From NCBI GenBank assembly GCA_963720565.1, contig CAVRFW010000009.1, forward strand, positions 352,001 through 416,000: 64,000 nucleotides of DNA, written 5' to 3'. The notes under the pieces are model-generated. The model searched no databases. It had not been told where the DNA came from and saw only the letters and a list, made by a program, of their open reading frames with translations. A program made the position numbers and the translations under genes. The stretch comes from Candidatus Bathyarchaeota archaeon. GTDB lineage: Archaea > Thermoproteota > Bathyarchaeia > Bathyarchaeales > Bathycorpusculaceae. The stretch's first letter is position 1; each line of letters begins with the position of its first letter. Shown here one piece after another: positions 49,449 through 59,641 of the stretch.

Positions 49449-49733
49449 ATGTCTGAGATAATGATTGATGCTTCCGAATTGAAAGGAGAAGGAAGCGAAG
49501 TACTTCAAGCTCTTGCAACTTTCCTAAAGGAAAAAACTAGTGCTGACGTGAAAACGGAAGGAAAAAAATTGACAGTGAAGGGTGTAGGAGAAACTGTTAA
49601 CAAGAAATACCTGCGTGTGCTATTGAAAAAGTTTCTTCACAAAAGGGAACTTAAAGAAAGCTTCCGCATCATAAGCGACGAAGAGGAAAACACGCTCAAA
49701 GTGAAAGAAAGGAAATTGTACGAAGAGGAATAG
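49449..49733 (+). CDS. rpl22e: Ribosomal protein eL22 (L22e) homolog
   Basis: ID.S....L..FLKEK; KKYLRVLLKKFLHKRELKESFRIIS resembles eukaryotic KRYLKYLTKKYLKK..LRDWLRVVA; acidic C-terminus. Confidence 0.75.
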   Translation: MSEIMIDASELKGEGSEVLQALATFLKEKTSADVKTEGKKLTVKGVGETVNKKYLRVLLKKFLHKRELKESFRIISDEEENTLKVKERKLYEEE

Positions 49734-49938
49734 TCAAAAGTTCCAAGAAGAATCTAACCTTTTTTCTTAAGAGGCAAGAGCCTCTTTTGAATTTTGAGTA
49801 GACTGTCGGACCCATTATCAGGCTACAGGTAACTAGACGCCATTATTCTAATTTCTCATGATTCCAGGTACGGGTAAATCCGAACATCGTTTCCTTAACG
49901 CTTTAGGGTATGCCCTATGATTGGGAAAGGGTGAGACT

Positions 49939-50175
49939 TTATTGTTTTTTCGGTTTTCTTTTTTTAGCTTTGAGCATTGACTTTGCTGAGGGGTCTCTTT
50001 CTTTAATTTCTCCTTTCTCCACAAGGTTGTTGTAGTGTATTCGGCATGTTTCTAAAGAGACTCCGTGTCTCGAGCAGAATTTGGCTAGAACTTTTTCAAC
50101 CGGTTCCCTGGGTTTTTTCTCTAATACCATTTCTTTTAGTTCTTGAACGTGTTCTTTGTCCATTTTCTCGGTCAT
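49939..50175 (-). CDS. Small basic hypothetical protein
   Basis: GAGG upstream; EPVEKVLAKFC.RHGVS..TCR..Y..LV..GE. Confidence 0.65.
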   Translation of the reverse strand: MTEKMDKEHVQELKEMVLEKKPREPVEKVLAKFCSRHGVSLETCRIHYNNLVEKGEIKERDPSAKSMLKAKKRKPKKQ

Positions 50176-50333
50176 TTTTTATGGTCTTCCTCGGTGTTTA
50201 TGTATCTTGTATTGATATTATTTTTGGTTTCTCTAAAAACTTGCGCTTCTTTTGCTGGGTCAGTTTGTGCCGTCTTAACCGTTATACGGAATCTTATTAT
50301 ACAAGATTCACTTTATTAGTAGCTAGAAGAGGT

Positions 50334-51027
50334 ATGTTCAACTCTCCAAATTCTGGAGCGCACACTCTCCAGTGTCCTTATTGCAGAAGTTATTCAAAAC
50401 AACAATGGTACAATGTTGCAAAAGGAGTAATGTCCAAAAAAGGATTGGACTACTACGAAGGTTTCATCCCAGAATTACATCTAAGCGTCTGCCCGCAATG
50501 TAATAGATACTCGTTGTGGCTTAGACGACAAAATGATACATCCTCGAGTGTCCATTGCCCCCTGGCCTTCAGAGAGAATGCCCCTAAACATAAAGGAAGA
50601 CTTTATTGAAGCCAGAACTGTTGTAGGAACTTCCCCCAAAGCAGCCTGTGCCCTGCTAAGGTTGTGCCTGCAAAAACTAATGATTTACTTAGGTGAGAAA
50701 GGCAAGAATATCGAACTTGACATAGCCAACTTGACAAGAAAGGGCTTGCCTCACAATTTCATATCCACTATGTTGGATGCAAGAGTCATAGGACCTATGA
50801 CTGTGCCACCTGGGAAAATCAGCCCCAGCGACGACATCGAAACCGCAATGACACTTTTCAATCTAATCAACATGATGATTGAGTCAACGATACCACGTCA
50901 GAGGGAAATAAGCCAACTGTACCCCGAGAGTGCGAAGAAAAGAAAAGTCAAAAAGAATCCGATTCCAAAAAAGAATCCGATCAAGAAAAGAGAGATAATA
51001 CCTACGCCCACAATTCTTTACCGGTAA
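50334..51027 (+). CDS. Zn-ribbon plus DUF4145 (HEPN-like) protein, frameshift near 50525
   Basis: CPYC...CPQC; MP.NIKEDF.EAR....SPKAACALLRLCLQKL. Confidence 0.75.
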
Positions 51028-51155
51028 CAGAATATTCAGCATATTGCTCTATTTGGCTCGACCGCGTGCTCTTAGGACTAAGTTGTGAACAAAATCACTT
51101 TTGTCTGCAAAAAGGGTTTTAAGTCTTAATCTTTCTTTGTATATAGAGATGAAAA

Positions 51156-51443
51156 ATGGCTATTCATATTCGACGTGTTTTAATTGAGGCTTTGAAGGCT
51201 CGCGATACTTCTTTGGTTGATTTGTCTCAGGCAATTTGTTCTGTAGTCGGGGTTGAAGAGTGCGATATTGTAGTCACCGATGTTGACGCTAAAACTGAAA
51301 CTGTAAAGCTCACCGTTAGGGGCGCTGATATTGAATACAGCGGGATTCTGAGGGTGCTGCAGGAGAATGGTGTTTCAGTTAAAGGCATAGACGAGGTCAA
51401 CGTGTCAAAGGTGAAGCAGCCTTTGCAACGGACGCCGCCTTGA
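51156..51443 (+). CDS. DUF211-family protein
   Basis: IRRV....LK...GVE...I.VT.VD..TET.KLTV.G.DI....G......IDEV. Confidence 0.8.
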   Translation: MAIHIRRVLIEALKARDTSLVDLSQAICSVVGVEECDIVVTDVDAKTETVKLTVRGADIEYSGILRVLQENGVSVKGIDEVNVSKVKQPLQRTPP

Positions 51444-51450
51444 CTGCTTG

Positions 51451-52030
51451 CTAGATGAGCAGGTCTAAGAGAAAGCCGACGGCAAAGGCCAACACTCCGA
51501 AGGCCACCATTCTTACTCCTTTTTTGTAGGGGTTTGTTTTCCCGATTCGTCCCATATAGACTCCTGCGGCGAATAATGTGCTTAAGTGCTAGAGCAACAG
51601 AGATCCATGCGGCAGTGTCAATGCGTAGTAGGCCTGTGGCGGCGACGAGAAAGGGTGTGATTGTTATGGCGCACGAAAATAGGGGAGTTGCGAAGTTTAT
51701 CAGTGTGGCGAGCAGCACCGTTTTTCTTGCGGTTTTTTGGATGTTAGTGTCATCTAGATCTGTGAAGAGCGCTTTTTCAAGGTCTGAGATTTTTCGTTCC
51801 TGCTCAAGGCTTTCGGCCTCGTAAACGCTTACCCCTGTCGAGATGCCCAGGGCAAAGCTGGTTGTTAACATGGTAACTGTGATAACGGTCAATCCTGCGT
51901 CGGCGGCGAATGCTGAGCCTACGATTATGCCCAGCAGAATGAAGGTTGAGTCAAACAGCGTGTTAATGAAGAACCTGCGGATTATGGGACCGACGCTTTC
52001 GCGTTCAAGCGTTTCTCGCAGACCATTCAT
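51451..52030 (-). CDS. VIT1/CCC1-like membrane protein, frameshift near 51585
   Basis: RRFFIN..FD....LGI..G; A.GIS...SVYEAE..E. Confidence 0.75.
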
Positions 52031-52200
52031 GACGCTGTCCCCTTCTTTAGTAGAATCAACATTGATGTGGCTATGATTATTCTCGTTTATTTTTGTTTCC
52101 CTTATGCTTCGCTCTCAGATAAAGCGTGCGCTTAGAAATGCCGCCGCAAAAAAATTGCAAGCTGTCCATATGTATTGCTTTCCCAGTGCAAATTCTATAG

Positions 52201-52275
52201 CGGGCCCGACGGGAATTGAACCCGCGACCCCCGGATTAAAAGTCCGGTGCTCTAGCCTGACTGAGCTACGGGCCC
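52201..52275 (-). tRNA. tRNA-Lys(TTT)
   Basis: Reverse complement: GGGCCCG...CCGGA-CTTTTAA-TCCGG...GCGGG-TTCAATT-CCCGT-CGGGCCC-G. Confidence 0.96.
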
Positions 52276-52668
52276 TTGTATGCGTTTTGTGCTTATAAGA
52301 AAAGCAAGGAAGGGGTTTTTTAGCGTTTCTATTCGATAACCTAGAATAGAAGAGTTAAGGGGGCAACTCCCTCGCCTTTCGAGAGAATGAAACTACATTG
52401 TTGCCCTCGGGTTTCTTGTGCTTGTGTTTCACAGAAAACTATTGCAAAACAAGCCACATATTGTTTTTGCCTGAATCGATTTTCGGAGGAATATGTTTGG
52501 AAAAATTTCAACATTTAGTTATATAATTAATTCGAGATGGATAGGATTTTAAACGCATTGTTTCGATTTTCATGGTGTCTGCAGCTGTTTCTACTATTCA
52601 GCGATATATGTGCATGTTAACAAACGTTATTTCTTCTTTTATGATTAAAAAAAGCCACGGTGCCATAA

Positions 52669-53898
52669 TTGATTTCGTGGAAATACTCCTTTAAACGTTT
52701 AAACGAAGAATATGAAATAGCAAAGAAAAAGAAGCGAGCCTTGGACAGCTTATTCGAAACAGGCAGGATTTCACAGACTACGCGTGACTCATTTGATAGT
52801 GACCTGACTAGTGCCATTGCTGAAATTGAAAAACAACAAAAAGATCTCGTTGTTAAAATGCAAGGTAAAGTTCATGAGCTTGAGAATCAAGTTAAAACGT
52901 TGGAGACTCTTCTTGCCAATTACGAAATACAGCATGTGGTTGGCGAGATTGAAGAGGAAGTCTACCAGCGTGAAATAAGCCTTCTCACTAATGGACTTGA
53001 CACTGCAAAACATGAACTGGAAAACATAAAAGATGCTACAAAACAGCTGTGCTCCCCTGTGGAAACCCCTGTAATAGCTTCTCCTCCTGTTGCAGTTCAA
53101 GAAATCGAACCTGTGATAGCGGAAAACCCAGTGGAAGTAAAAGCTGAAAACATTGCTGAAGCAGCCCAGGAAATCGTTTCAGATGCTCCAACCGATGTCA
53201 TCGTCACACCCGAACCTGCTGCAGTTGAGCTTTGTCCTCCTGAACCAGTGATAGCTGAAGAAGCAGTATCGCCCGTACCGATAATTGCAGAACAAGAAGT
53301 AATAGTACCCCCAATTGCACTATCTGAGGAAACTGTTCCAGAAGTGCCAGTAGAAGTGCCAGTAGAAGTGCCAGTAGAAGTGCCAGTAGAAGTGCCAGTA
53401 GAAGTGCCAGTAGAAGTGCCAGTAGAAGTGCCAGTAGAAGTGCCAGTAGAAGTGCCAGTAGAAGTGCCAGTAGAAGTGCCAGTAGAAGTGCCAGTAGAAG
53501 TGCCAGTAGAAGTGCCAGTAGAAGTGCCAGTAGAAGAGTTTTCGCCAGATATGGAGGCTGAAATGCCCTCAACCGAAGAGACAACTGTGGAATCAGAAGT
53601 AGCATCACCTTTGGAAGACGCACAGGAAACTGTTGATGACCAGGTTCAAGATCTTGAGATATCACCCCAAATCGTGGAAGCGAGCTACACAGAAGATCTG
53701 TCGCCAGTGGTGGAGATAACAGAAACAGATGAAATAGTTACAGCTGTAGAGGCGGGTGAAGAGGCCCACCCTCAGGTAGCGCCCAAGGAGGCGCAACCAG
53801 AAGCAATCGTAGAACTTGGAACGGACGAGGAAAACAGGGCAGAAGAAACGACCGCAACCGAAGAAACAAGCACAGAAAACGCTGAAAACTCAGCCTAA
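52669..53898 (+). CDS. CdvA-like coiled-coil protein with long acidic, Pro-rich tail
   Basis: KKRALD.L.E.GRIS..T...F...L; LE.LLA..E..H..GEI.EE.Y resembles the CdvA helical region. Confidence 0.7.
   Translation: MISWKYSFKRLNEEYEIAKKKKRALDSLFETGRISQTTRDSFDSDLTSAIAEIEKQQKDLVVKMQGKVHELENQVKTLETLLANYEIQHVVGEIEEEVYQREISLLTNGLDTAKHELENIKDATKQLCSPVETPVIASPPVAVQEIEPVIAENPVEVKAENIAEAAQEIVSDAPTDVIVTPEPAAVELCPPEPVIAEEAVSPVPIIAEQEVIVPPIALSEETVPEVPVEVPVEVPVEVPVEVPVEVPVEVPVEVPVEVPVEVPVEVPVEVPVEVPVEVPVEVPVEVPVEEFSPDMEAEMPSTEETTVESEVASPLEDAQETVDDQVQDLEISPQIVEASYTEDLSPVVEITETDEIVTAVEAGEEAHPQVAPKEAQPEAIVELGTDEENRAEETTATEETSTENAENSA
53341..53532 (+). repeat. Perfect 12-bp tandem repeat x16 encoding (EVPV)16
   Basis: GAAGTGCCAGTA x16. 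Confidence 0.97.
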
Positions 53899-54040
53899 AC
53901 CTAGAAAGTAATATTCTTCCTTTTTTCTTTGTAGAACCAAAATCTGTTTTCAATTGTTATTTGGGCACAACACTACTTTGGATCCTATACAAAACCAAGG
54001 TTTAGAGCCCTGACTGGTTACCATCCAGATAGTTCTGCAG

Positions 54041-54457
54041 TTACATGTGCCTTCTTATGTTCATTGCGACCTGCTGAAGCTTTTCCCTGTTTACGTTGGG
54101 TCTCTCCGAAAATCGTCCCATCCTCTGACCCTCATATCTTGGAACTACGTGAATATGAAAATGAAGAATTTCCTGATCAGCTGCCTTTCCATTTTGCTGG
54201 AATATGCTGATTCCATCTGCTTTCGTAGTTTCTTTGACGGCGATAGCGATTCGCTTAGAAATGCTGTGTAGATAAGCGAGAAGTTCCGCCGGGATTTCAA
54301 AGATGTCTTTATGGTGCTCCTTGGGGATAACAAGTGTATGACCTTCGTTGAGTGGGTTTATGTCAAGAAATGCCATAGCAGTCTCGTCTTCGTAGACAAT
54401 GTTTCCAGGTGATTGTTTTTGGACTATTCTGCAAAAAATGCATGAGTCATCGTTCAT
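54041..54457 (-). CDS. HIT-family nucleotide hydrolase
   Basis: CIFC.I, AFLDINP...GHTLVIPK.H, HFHIHVVPR. Confidence 0.92.
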   Translation of the reverse strand: MNDDSCIFCRIVQKQSPGNIVYEDETAMAFLDINPLNEGHTLVIPKEHHKDIFEIPAELLAYLHSISKRIAIAVKETTKADGISIFQQNGKAADQEILHFHIHVVPRYEGQRMGRFSERPNVNREKLQQVAMNIRRHM

Positions 54458-54771
54458 GAAGGTCACCGCTACACAATTATCAATTGGCACTCTTAGATAT
54501 TACGCCATACTTGCCTCGACAGTTCATCTATAGTGCGCGCGTTTGTCGGCTGCAGCGACTTGTCGCATAATTTTGTCCATTTGATGGTTCCGATCACGTT
54601 GACTATGGGTTTGTTTCAACAGAATAGCAGATTTCAGAGTCGTGATTCATGTTCATAGGTGGTACTTGTTGACTCTGAAATTGAAACAGTGAATATGAAT
54701 CTTAACTAAAGCCATATCATTCAACGAATGCACACTAGGCTTAAATATAGTTCAAGTTCCTTAGTGAATCC

Positions 54772-55560
54772 GTGGTGCCTTTGGCAAGAGACGGTAACGA
54801 GGCTGTTGAGCTTAGAGGTGTGGTGAAACGATACCACGAGATTTTGGCTGTGAATCAACTTGATTTGAGTATTCAAGCAGGCGAAATCTTTGGCCTTCTT
54901 GGACCGAACGGTTCAGGCAAGTCAACAACTCTGAAAATGATTCTAGGTCTAGTAACGCCCGACTCGGGGTCAATCAATGTTCTTGGGATTGACGTGCAAA
55001 AAGACGCCGTCGCCGTGAAGCAACAAGTCGGCTACGTTCCCGAATCTCCACGATTATATGAATTCTTGACTGGAATAGAATATTTGGATTTTATCGGAGA
55101 CATCTATGGGATGCAGGTCGAGGAGAAGAAGAATCGAATTACTGAATACCTTAGAGCTCTCCAACTTGAAGGTCGAGAAGGCGATATGATTACCAGTTAC
55201 TCTGATGGGATGAAACAGAAGATTGCCTTAATCTCAGCGTTTCTGCACAAGCCCAAACTCTTAATTCTAGACGAACCATTGAGTGCCTTAGACCCACGAT
55301 CCGCAAGGATAGTAAAGGATTTCTTGCAGGAACTAAAGGCGCAAGGCGTAACCACCGTTATGTCAACACATGTGCTTGAGATAGCTCAAGCTATATGCGA
55401 CCGAATAGGGATTATGTACCAAGGAAGACTCTTAGCACTAGGTAATATGAAGGAGTTAAGGGAGATGTCAAAGCTTCCAGATTCGGGTCTTGAAGATATT
55501 TTCTTGAAGCTAACGGGGACGGGAGATACCCGAGCTATCGTCGAGGAACTCCTGAAATGA
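54772..55560 (+). CDS. ABC transporter ATP-binding subunit
   Basis: GPNGSGKS, YSDGMKQK, LDEP, STH. Confidence 0.92.
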   Translation: MVPLARDGNEAVELRGVVKRYHEILAVNQLDLSIQAGEIFGLLGPNGSGKSTTLKMILGLVTPDSGSINVLGIDVQKDAVAVKQQVGYVPESPRLYEFLTGIEYLDFIGDIYGMQVEEKKNRITEYLRALQLEGREGDMITSYSDGMKQKIALISAFLHKPKLLILDEPLSALDPRSARIVKDFLQELKAQGVTTVMSTHVLEIAQAICDRIGIMYQGRLLALGNMKELREMSKLPDSGLEDIFLKLTGTGDTRAIVEELLK

Positions 55561-57251
55561 ATTGGAAGAACGTGCTTAGCCTAATTCGAGTTGACAGAAA
55601 ATCTGGCAGACTCATTAGAGGGCAGAAGCTGACACGATACCGCGAGAACTTCTTTTTTGCATACTGGCCTTACTGGGTTGCTCTAGGTGTGGGGCTTGCT
55701 GTCGGCTTGCTGGTCGGTGTCGTTTACAACTCTGTCGCCGCGTCTGACCTGAGTGTTGCAAACGAGTTTCACCAGTATGCACAGAGTTTTTTCTTTTCTT
55801 TGCCAACCTTGGTGCTGGTTTACAGTCTAGTTTTCACGTTGTTGCAGCAAATTCAAAAAAGCGGGGTCAAGGTCTCTTCTCAGGTGCCGTACTGGCTACC
55901 TGTAACATGGCAAGAACACACTCTAGCTTCCATCTTAGCTAGTCTCTTAGGTTTTCCACTTGCCTCGGTTGTATTCATTGCATCAGCAATCATAGTCTTC
56001 TCCTTCTTCATTGGGTTATTAATCCCTGCGCTTGCAGCTTCATTGGCAGTATGTGCATCGGCTTTCATAGCCAGTGCTATTACCGAAATTCTTAGAATAC
56101 TGCAGGTGCGATTTATCGGCGCAGTCTACAAGTCCACAGGGCGTGCGGCAGTGTGGGTTCGGTTTGTTGGCTCATTACTTTTTTTTGTTGTTTTCTATGT
56201 TCTCTATTTCTACGTAGTTTCTGGGTCTGGAGCAATTACATTCATTCAAACTGTGGCTTCAACCCAGAATGCAATCTGGTTTGTGCCTTTTGTATGGCTG
56301 GGACTGACACTCTATTCCTTCGCAATCGGGATGCTTCTTCAAGGACTCGTTTTTCTGGTTCTGTCTCTGGTATTTATCTTAGCCTTGTTTCTCCTTGCGT
56401 TTTATTTAAACCGCAAATTCGGGCTTTATGAGCAACCTGCAATAACGGTTTCCCGCGGAGTCTATGCTCCCAAAACCGGCTTGTTGGGCAAGCTGGGCTT
56501 CTCCTTGACAGAAGCAGCAATTGTCCGGAAAGATTTGAAAGCTTTCACGCGGCGTCGAGAGTTAATGACCATTTTCATTATTCCAATTGTACTCATACTC
56601 GTACCCATAATGCAGACGATGGGTCAAACCTCAGAACCTATGCCTCAACAGGTTTCTATTTTCCTAACCGCTATGACAATCCTTATGCCCGCATCTGTTA
56701 TGGCTATGAGCTTAGGCACATTCATGATAGGCGAGGAAGGACAAGCCGTTTGGCGAATATATTCCTCGCCATTATCAGCACGGGGCTTGGTGAAGAGCAA
56801 GTATTTCCTCACCATTTTCTTCGCGCTCATCGTGCTCCTGATCACCGGAATCTTCGGAATAGTATTCTACAATCCGTCATTTAGGGCTACTGCAATAGCG
56901 TTTTCCGAAGCTGTTTTCTTAGTCTTCACTCTGGGAGCAATTTCTCTGTCGAACGGCATAAGCGGCGCTGATTTTACGGAAACACCCAGACCTAAGCTGA
57001 TTCGTCAGTCAACCAGCTTACTTAACCTAGTCGAATGTCTCTTAGCTGGCGTTGCCGTATTGGCACCCTTCATTCCGTACATAATATCCTCCACAATTTC
57101 AGCCTTCATGCCTAGCCTAAACTTCGGTGCTGTCTTGGATCCTACCTTAGCAGCTATCATAAGCGGGGTTATCTCCGTTGTTCTGACAGCGTTTTTCTAT
57201 CGCGTTTCTCTCAGAAAGGCAAGGAAACTCTTATCAAAAGCAGAAATCTAA
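55557..57251 (+). CDS. ABC transporter permease
   Basis: Many TMs; KDL..F.R; EG...W.....P......KSK; overlaps the ATPase stop. Confidence 0.8.
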   Translation: MNWKNVLSLIRVDRKSGRLIRGQKLTRYRENFFFAYWPYWVALGVGLAVGLLVGVVYNSVAASDLSVANEFHQYAQSFFFSLPTLVLVYSLVFTLLQQIQKSGVKVSSQVPYWLPVTWQEHTLASILASLLGFPLASVVFIASAIIVFSFFIGLLIPALAASLAVCASAFIASAITEILRILQVRFIGAVYKSTGRAAVWVRFVGSLLFFVVFYVLYFYVVSGSGAITFIQTVASTQNAIWFVPFVWLGLTLYSFAIGMLLQGLVFLVLSLVFILALFLLAFYLNRKFGLYEQPAITVSRGVYAPKTGLLGKLGFSLTEAAIVRKDLKAFTRRRELMTIFIIPIVLILVPIMQTMGQTSEPMPQQVSIFLTAMTILMPASVMAMSLGTFMIGEEGQAVWRIYSSPLSARGLVKSKYFLTIFFALIVLLITGIFGIVFYNPSFRATAIAFSEAVFLVFTLGAISLSNGISGADFTETPRPKLIRQSTSLLNLVECLLAGVAVLAPFIPYIISSTISAFMPSLNFGAVLDPTLAAIISGVISVVLTAFFYRVSLRKARKLLSKAEI

Positions 57252-57338
57252 ATATAAATAAAAATCGGAAACTATCTTAAATTGACACCTTATCGACGAG
57301 AGATCGTTTAGATAAGCGGGCAGAATGTCCTGCCCATG

Positions 57339-58088
57339 CTAATGTCGCCTTTTCCGTATTGCAGAGCGCTTCTTGTAAACAATCAATGCTAACAACGCTG
57401 CAACAATTAATATCGGTATGACAAGTGCAACTATCGGGAATTCCGGAACATCCCAGGCGTTTGAGTCTATTATTTTCCAGGTAATCGTCTCTGAGTATTC
57501 TGGATTAGTGTACGTTTTGTAGTCATAGAGTTCGACCAGCATTCCCGTTTGCTTGTCAAAATGAACGGTCATGTAATCACTGTAAGTTCTATTGGTGTTG
57601 TCGGTGCTTGCGAATTCCCCGGTAACCAAGTATCGATTCGTTTCTCTTTTGTTATCTCCAAAATCTCTCGTAGAGGAAGCATTAACCTTTATCATGTCCG
57701 GGCCGTAGGGGTGAATTTTGTCTCCAACGTTTAGGTTTGTAGGGAAGACCGCCCAGAACCAGTACGTGTACATTCCTGTGCCTACATCGATTTCACTGTC
57801 AGTTTCAGATACAGTTCCATTTGTGAAACGCCAAACAATATGCATAGAAACGTCTGCATCAAGGACCTTGGTAATATTCACTTGCACGTACTCAGTTGAA
57901 TTCAAATCAAGAATGCTGTCCGAAATAACTGCGGTCGCATTGCTAGAACTCCAAAATCCTTTTACCTCGTATGTAAATGTGTTCCCAACGCGTACTCCAG
58001 GCTGCGCAATTTGAGCTAGTGTTGCTTCACCCATCACGAAGCATAGGAGTGCCAAGAGCAAGACCACAATTGCCATTTTCTTAGTCAT
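57339..58088 (-). CDS. Secreted protein with PEF-CTERM-like sorting signal
   Basis: Signal peptide; GV.VG.TFTY; D..TG.L; VPEFP-TM-YKKR. Confidence 0.8.
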   Translation of the reverse strand: MTKKMAIVVLLLALLCFVMGEATLAQIAQPGVRVGNTFTYEVKGFWSSSNATAVISDSILDLNSTEYVQVNITKVLDADVSMHIVWRFTNGTVSETDSEIDVGTGMYTYWFWAVFPTNLNVGDKIHPYGPDMIKVNASSTRDFGDNKRETNRYLVTGEFASTDNTNRTYSDYMTVHFDKQTGMLVELYDYKTYTNPEYSETITWKIIDSNAWDVPEFPIVALVIPILIVAALLALIVYKKRSAIRKRRH

Positions 58089-58251
58089 TCTGCATCGTTG
58101 CAGTATGCAACACACTTGGTTTTTATACTTTTTGGGAAAACCAAAAAGATTCGAAGTCGTCAAGCCATGTGGACTCTCACTGCAGGTGCTCGAGTTTTCT
58201 CCTAAAGAAAATCGTCACAGAGTGTTGGGGCTGTGTAGCGTTTTGTCTTTT

Positions 58252-59499
58252 CTATTGGCCATATACGCCTGTCTTGATTTTTTCAACAAGCAGTTCCACA
58301 TATTCTATAGGCCAAACATCATCGCACACGTCGTCTGTCAGTATGTTGCGCTGATGATAGAATGGAATCAGATCATTCTTAAGCAGCAATATCAGGAGGA
58401 ACTCCTGCCCATAAGTTCGTTTGAAAAGAGAGTATTTGGAAGATTGTTTTCTGGACATCTCATAGTGAGGTTCCAAAATGATCTTTCTACCCTGTATAGA
58501 CTTGTCAAGGATGAAATCAGGAGTGTATATGTCGCCGGGTAATGGAAAACTGATTGTTTCGTAACCGTAAGGGATTCTCATTTTTGAAAGCGTAATCGCT
58601 GTTTTTTTCTCCCATCCGCTCTTGTAACGGCTTAATTTCTGGTAATAGGCATGTGGCTGTCCAGTTACTTCGTGCATATGGTCGAAGAATTTCAGTGCAT
58701 CCTTCAAAGTATTTCTGTTCAGGTTTTTTTGTTTTAGCCATCTTCCTAGCAGAAAAAACGGGTAATCAACCTTCGCAGGGTCTTGAGGAAAGAGTTGTTT
58801 AGCAAAGCTCGTGATAGTCTCACAAGCCTTCATCGCGCTGTACTCGTCTCTCCAGAGAAATGGCGAAGCTGAGTTTATCAGGCCTAAACTGGTCGCCACA
58901 CTCGCGTTCTCTCTTGTAAGCGGAACGTAGAGGTCCTGAGGCGAAAAGTGATTGAAAATTCCCAGGTCAGGTTCAGGACGCACCATCCACCTCATGTAGA
59001 TCCACGCTTTCTCTTTGTATGGCCCGCTCATTTTCTCAATGTTGCGGGCGATGTCTTCGACAAATTCTTTGGGTTTCGTGAATTTGTGGGATTGTTTTAT
59101 TAGGTCTTTTTCTGTTGTGTTTCTAACATACTCGTTGACAGAAGTCAAGATTTCAGGTATTTTTTCCCTTAAGCGCCCCAAATCACGGTAAAACTCGCAT
59201 TTAATAATTTCTTCTTGAAACATGTGAGGTTTGCGAATCTCGAGGAGTCGATTATCATATTTCTGGTGAAGATGTACTAGGATTCTTCTTGCATTTTCAG
59301 AGAATCCTATGGTGTTGTCGTCAAGCATTGACGCTGCGAGCAGGAAATAGTGTGCTGCTTTCTTCCTTTCTTCGTAGTCATTGGAGTATGGGTTTAGGAG
59401 TAGCTTTGGGCTCATTCGGCGGTCCCATTGGACGTCAACGACGTTGGAATTCATGTTTACAAATTTCAATAATAATGATAGCAATTCGTCGTTTGCCAT
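58252..59499 (-). CDS. DUF2400-like (HhH-related) domain fused to a PD-(D/E)XK nuclease domain
   Basis: YMRWMVR...DLGI......L.VPL......A..LGL......IT........DP.K.DY..F.LG; C-terminal YKSGWE...A..L....I.Y.YE......YTPDF....ILE. Confidence 0.65.
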   Translation of the reverse strand: MANDELLSLLLKFVNMNSNVVDVQWDRRMSPKLLLNPYSNDYEERKKAAHYFLLAASMLDDNTIGFSENARRILVHLHQKYDNRLLEIRKPHMFQEEIIKCEFYRDLGRLREKIPEILTSVNEYVRNTTEKDLIKQSHKFTKPKEFVEDIARNIEKMSGPYKEKAWIYMRWMVRPEPDLGIFNHFSPQDLYVPLTRENASVATSLGLINSASPFLWRDEYSAMKACETITSFAKQLFPQDPAKVDYPFFLLGRWLKQKNLNRNTLKDALKFFDHMHEVTGQPHAYYQKLSRYKSGWEKKTAITLSKMRIPYGYETISFPLPGDIYTPDFILDKSIQGRKIILEPHYEMSRKQSSKYSLFKRTYGQEFLLILLLKNDLIPFYHQRNILTDDVCDDVWPIEYVELLVEKIKTGVYGQ

Positions 59500-59641
59500 G
59501 CCTTCACTCCTCTTGCTATAATGTGCGAAATGGCTTAATAACAAATACGTATGCCTAGCCCAACTTCCCGTTAAAACCAAATTGAAAACGGAATGTATAG
59601 CTTGATATAGCAGAAGAATCAAGAAAAGGAAATGCAGAGTA

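Noticed and set aside
52361..52406. GGGCAAC...GTTGCCC inverted repeat
   Set aside because: Single 7-bp arm pair with no other copies seen.
53204..53665. Minus-strand (LLAL)n ORF
   Set aside because: Antisense shadow of the 12-bp repeat.
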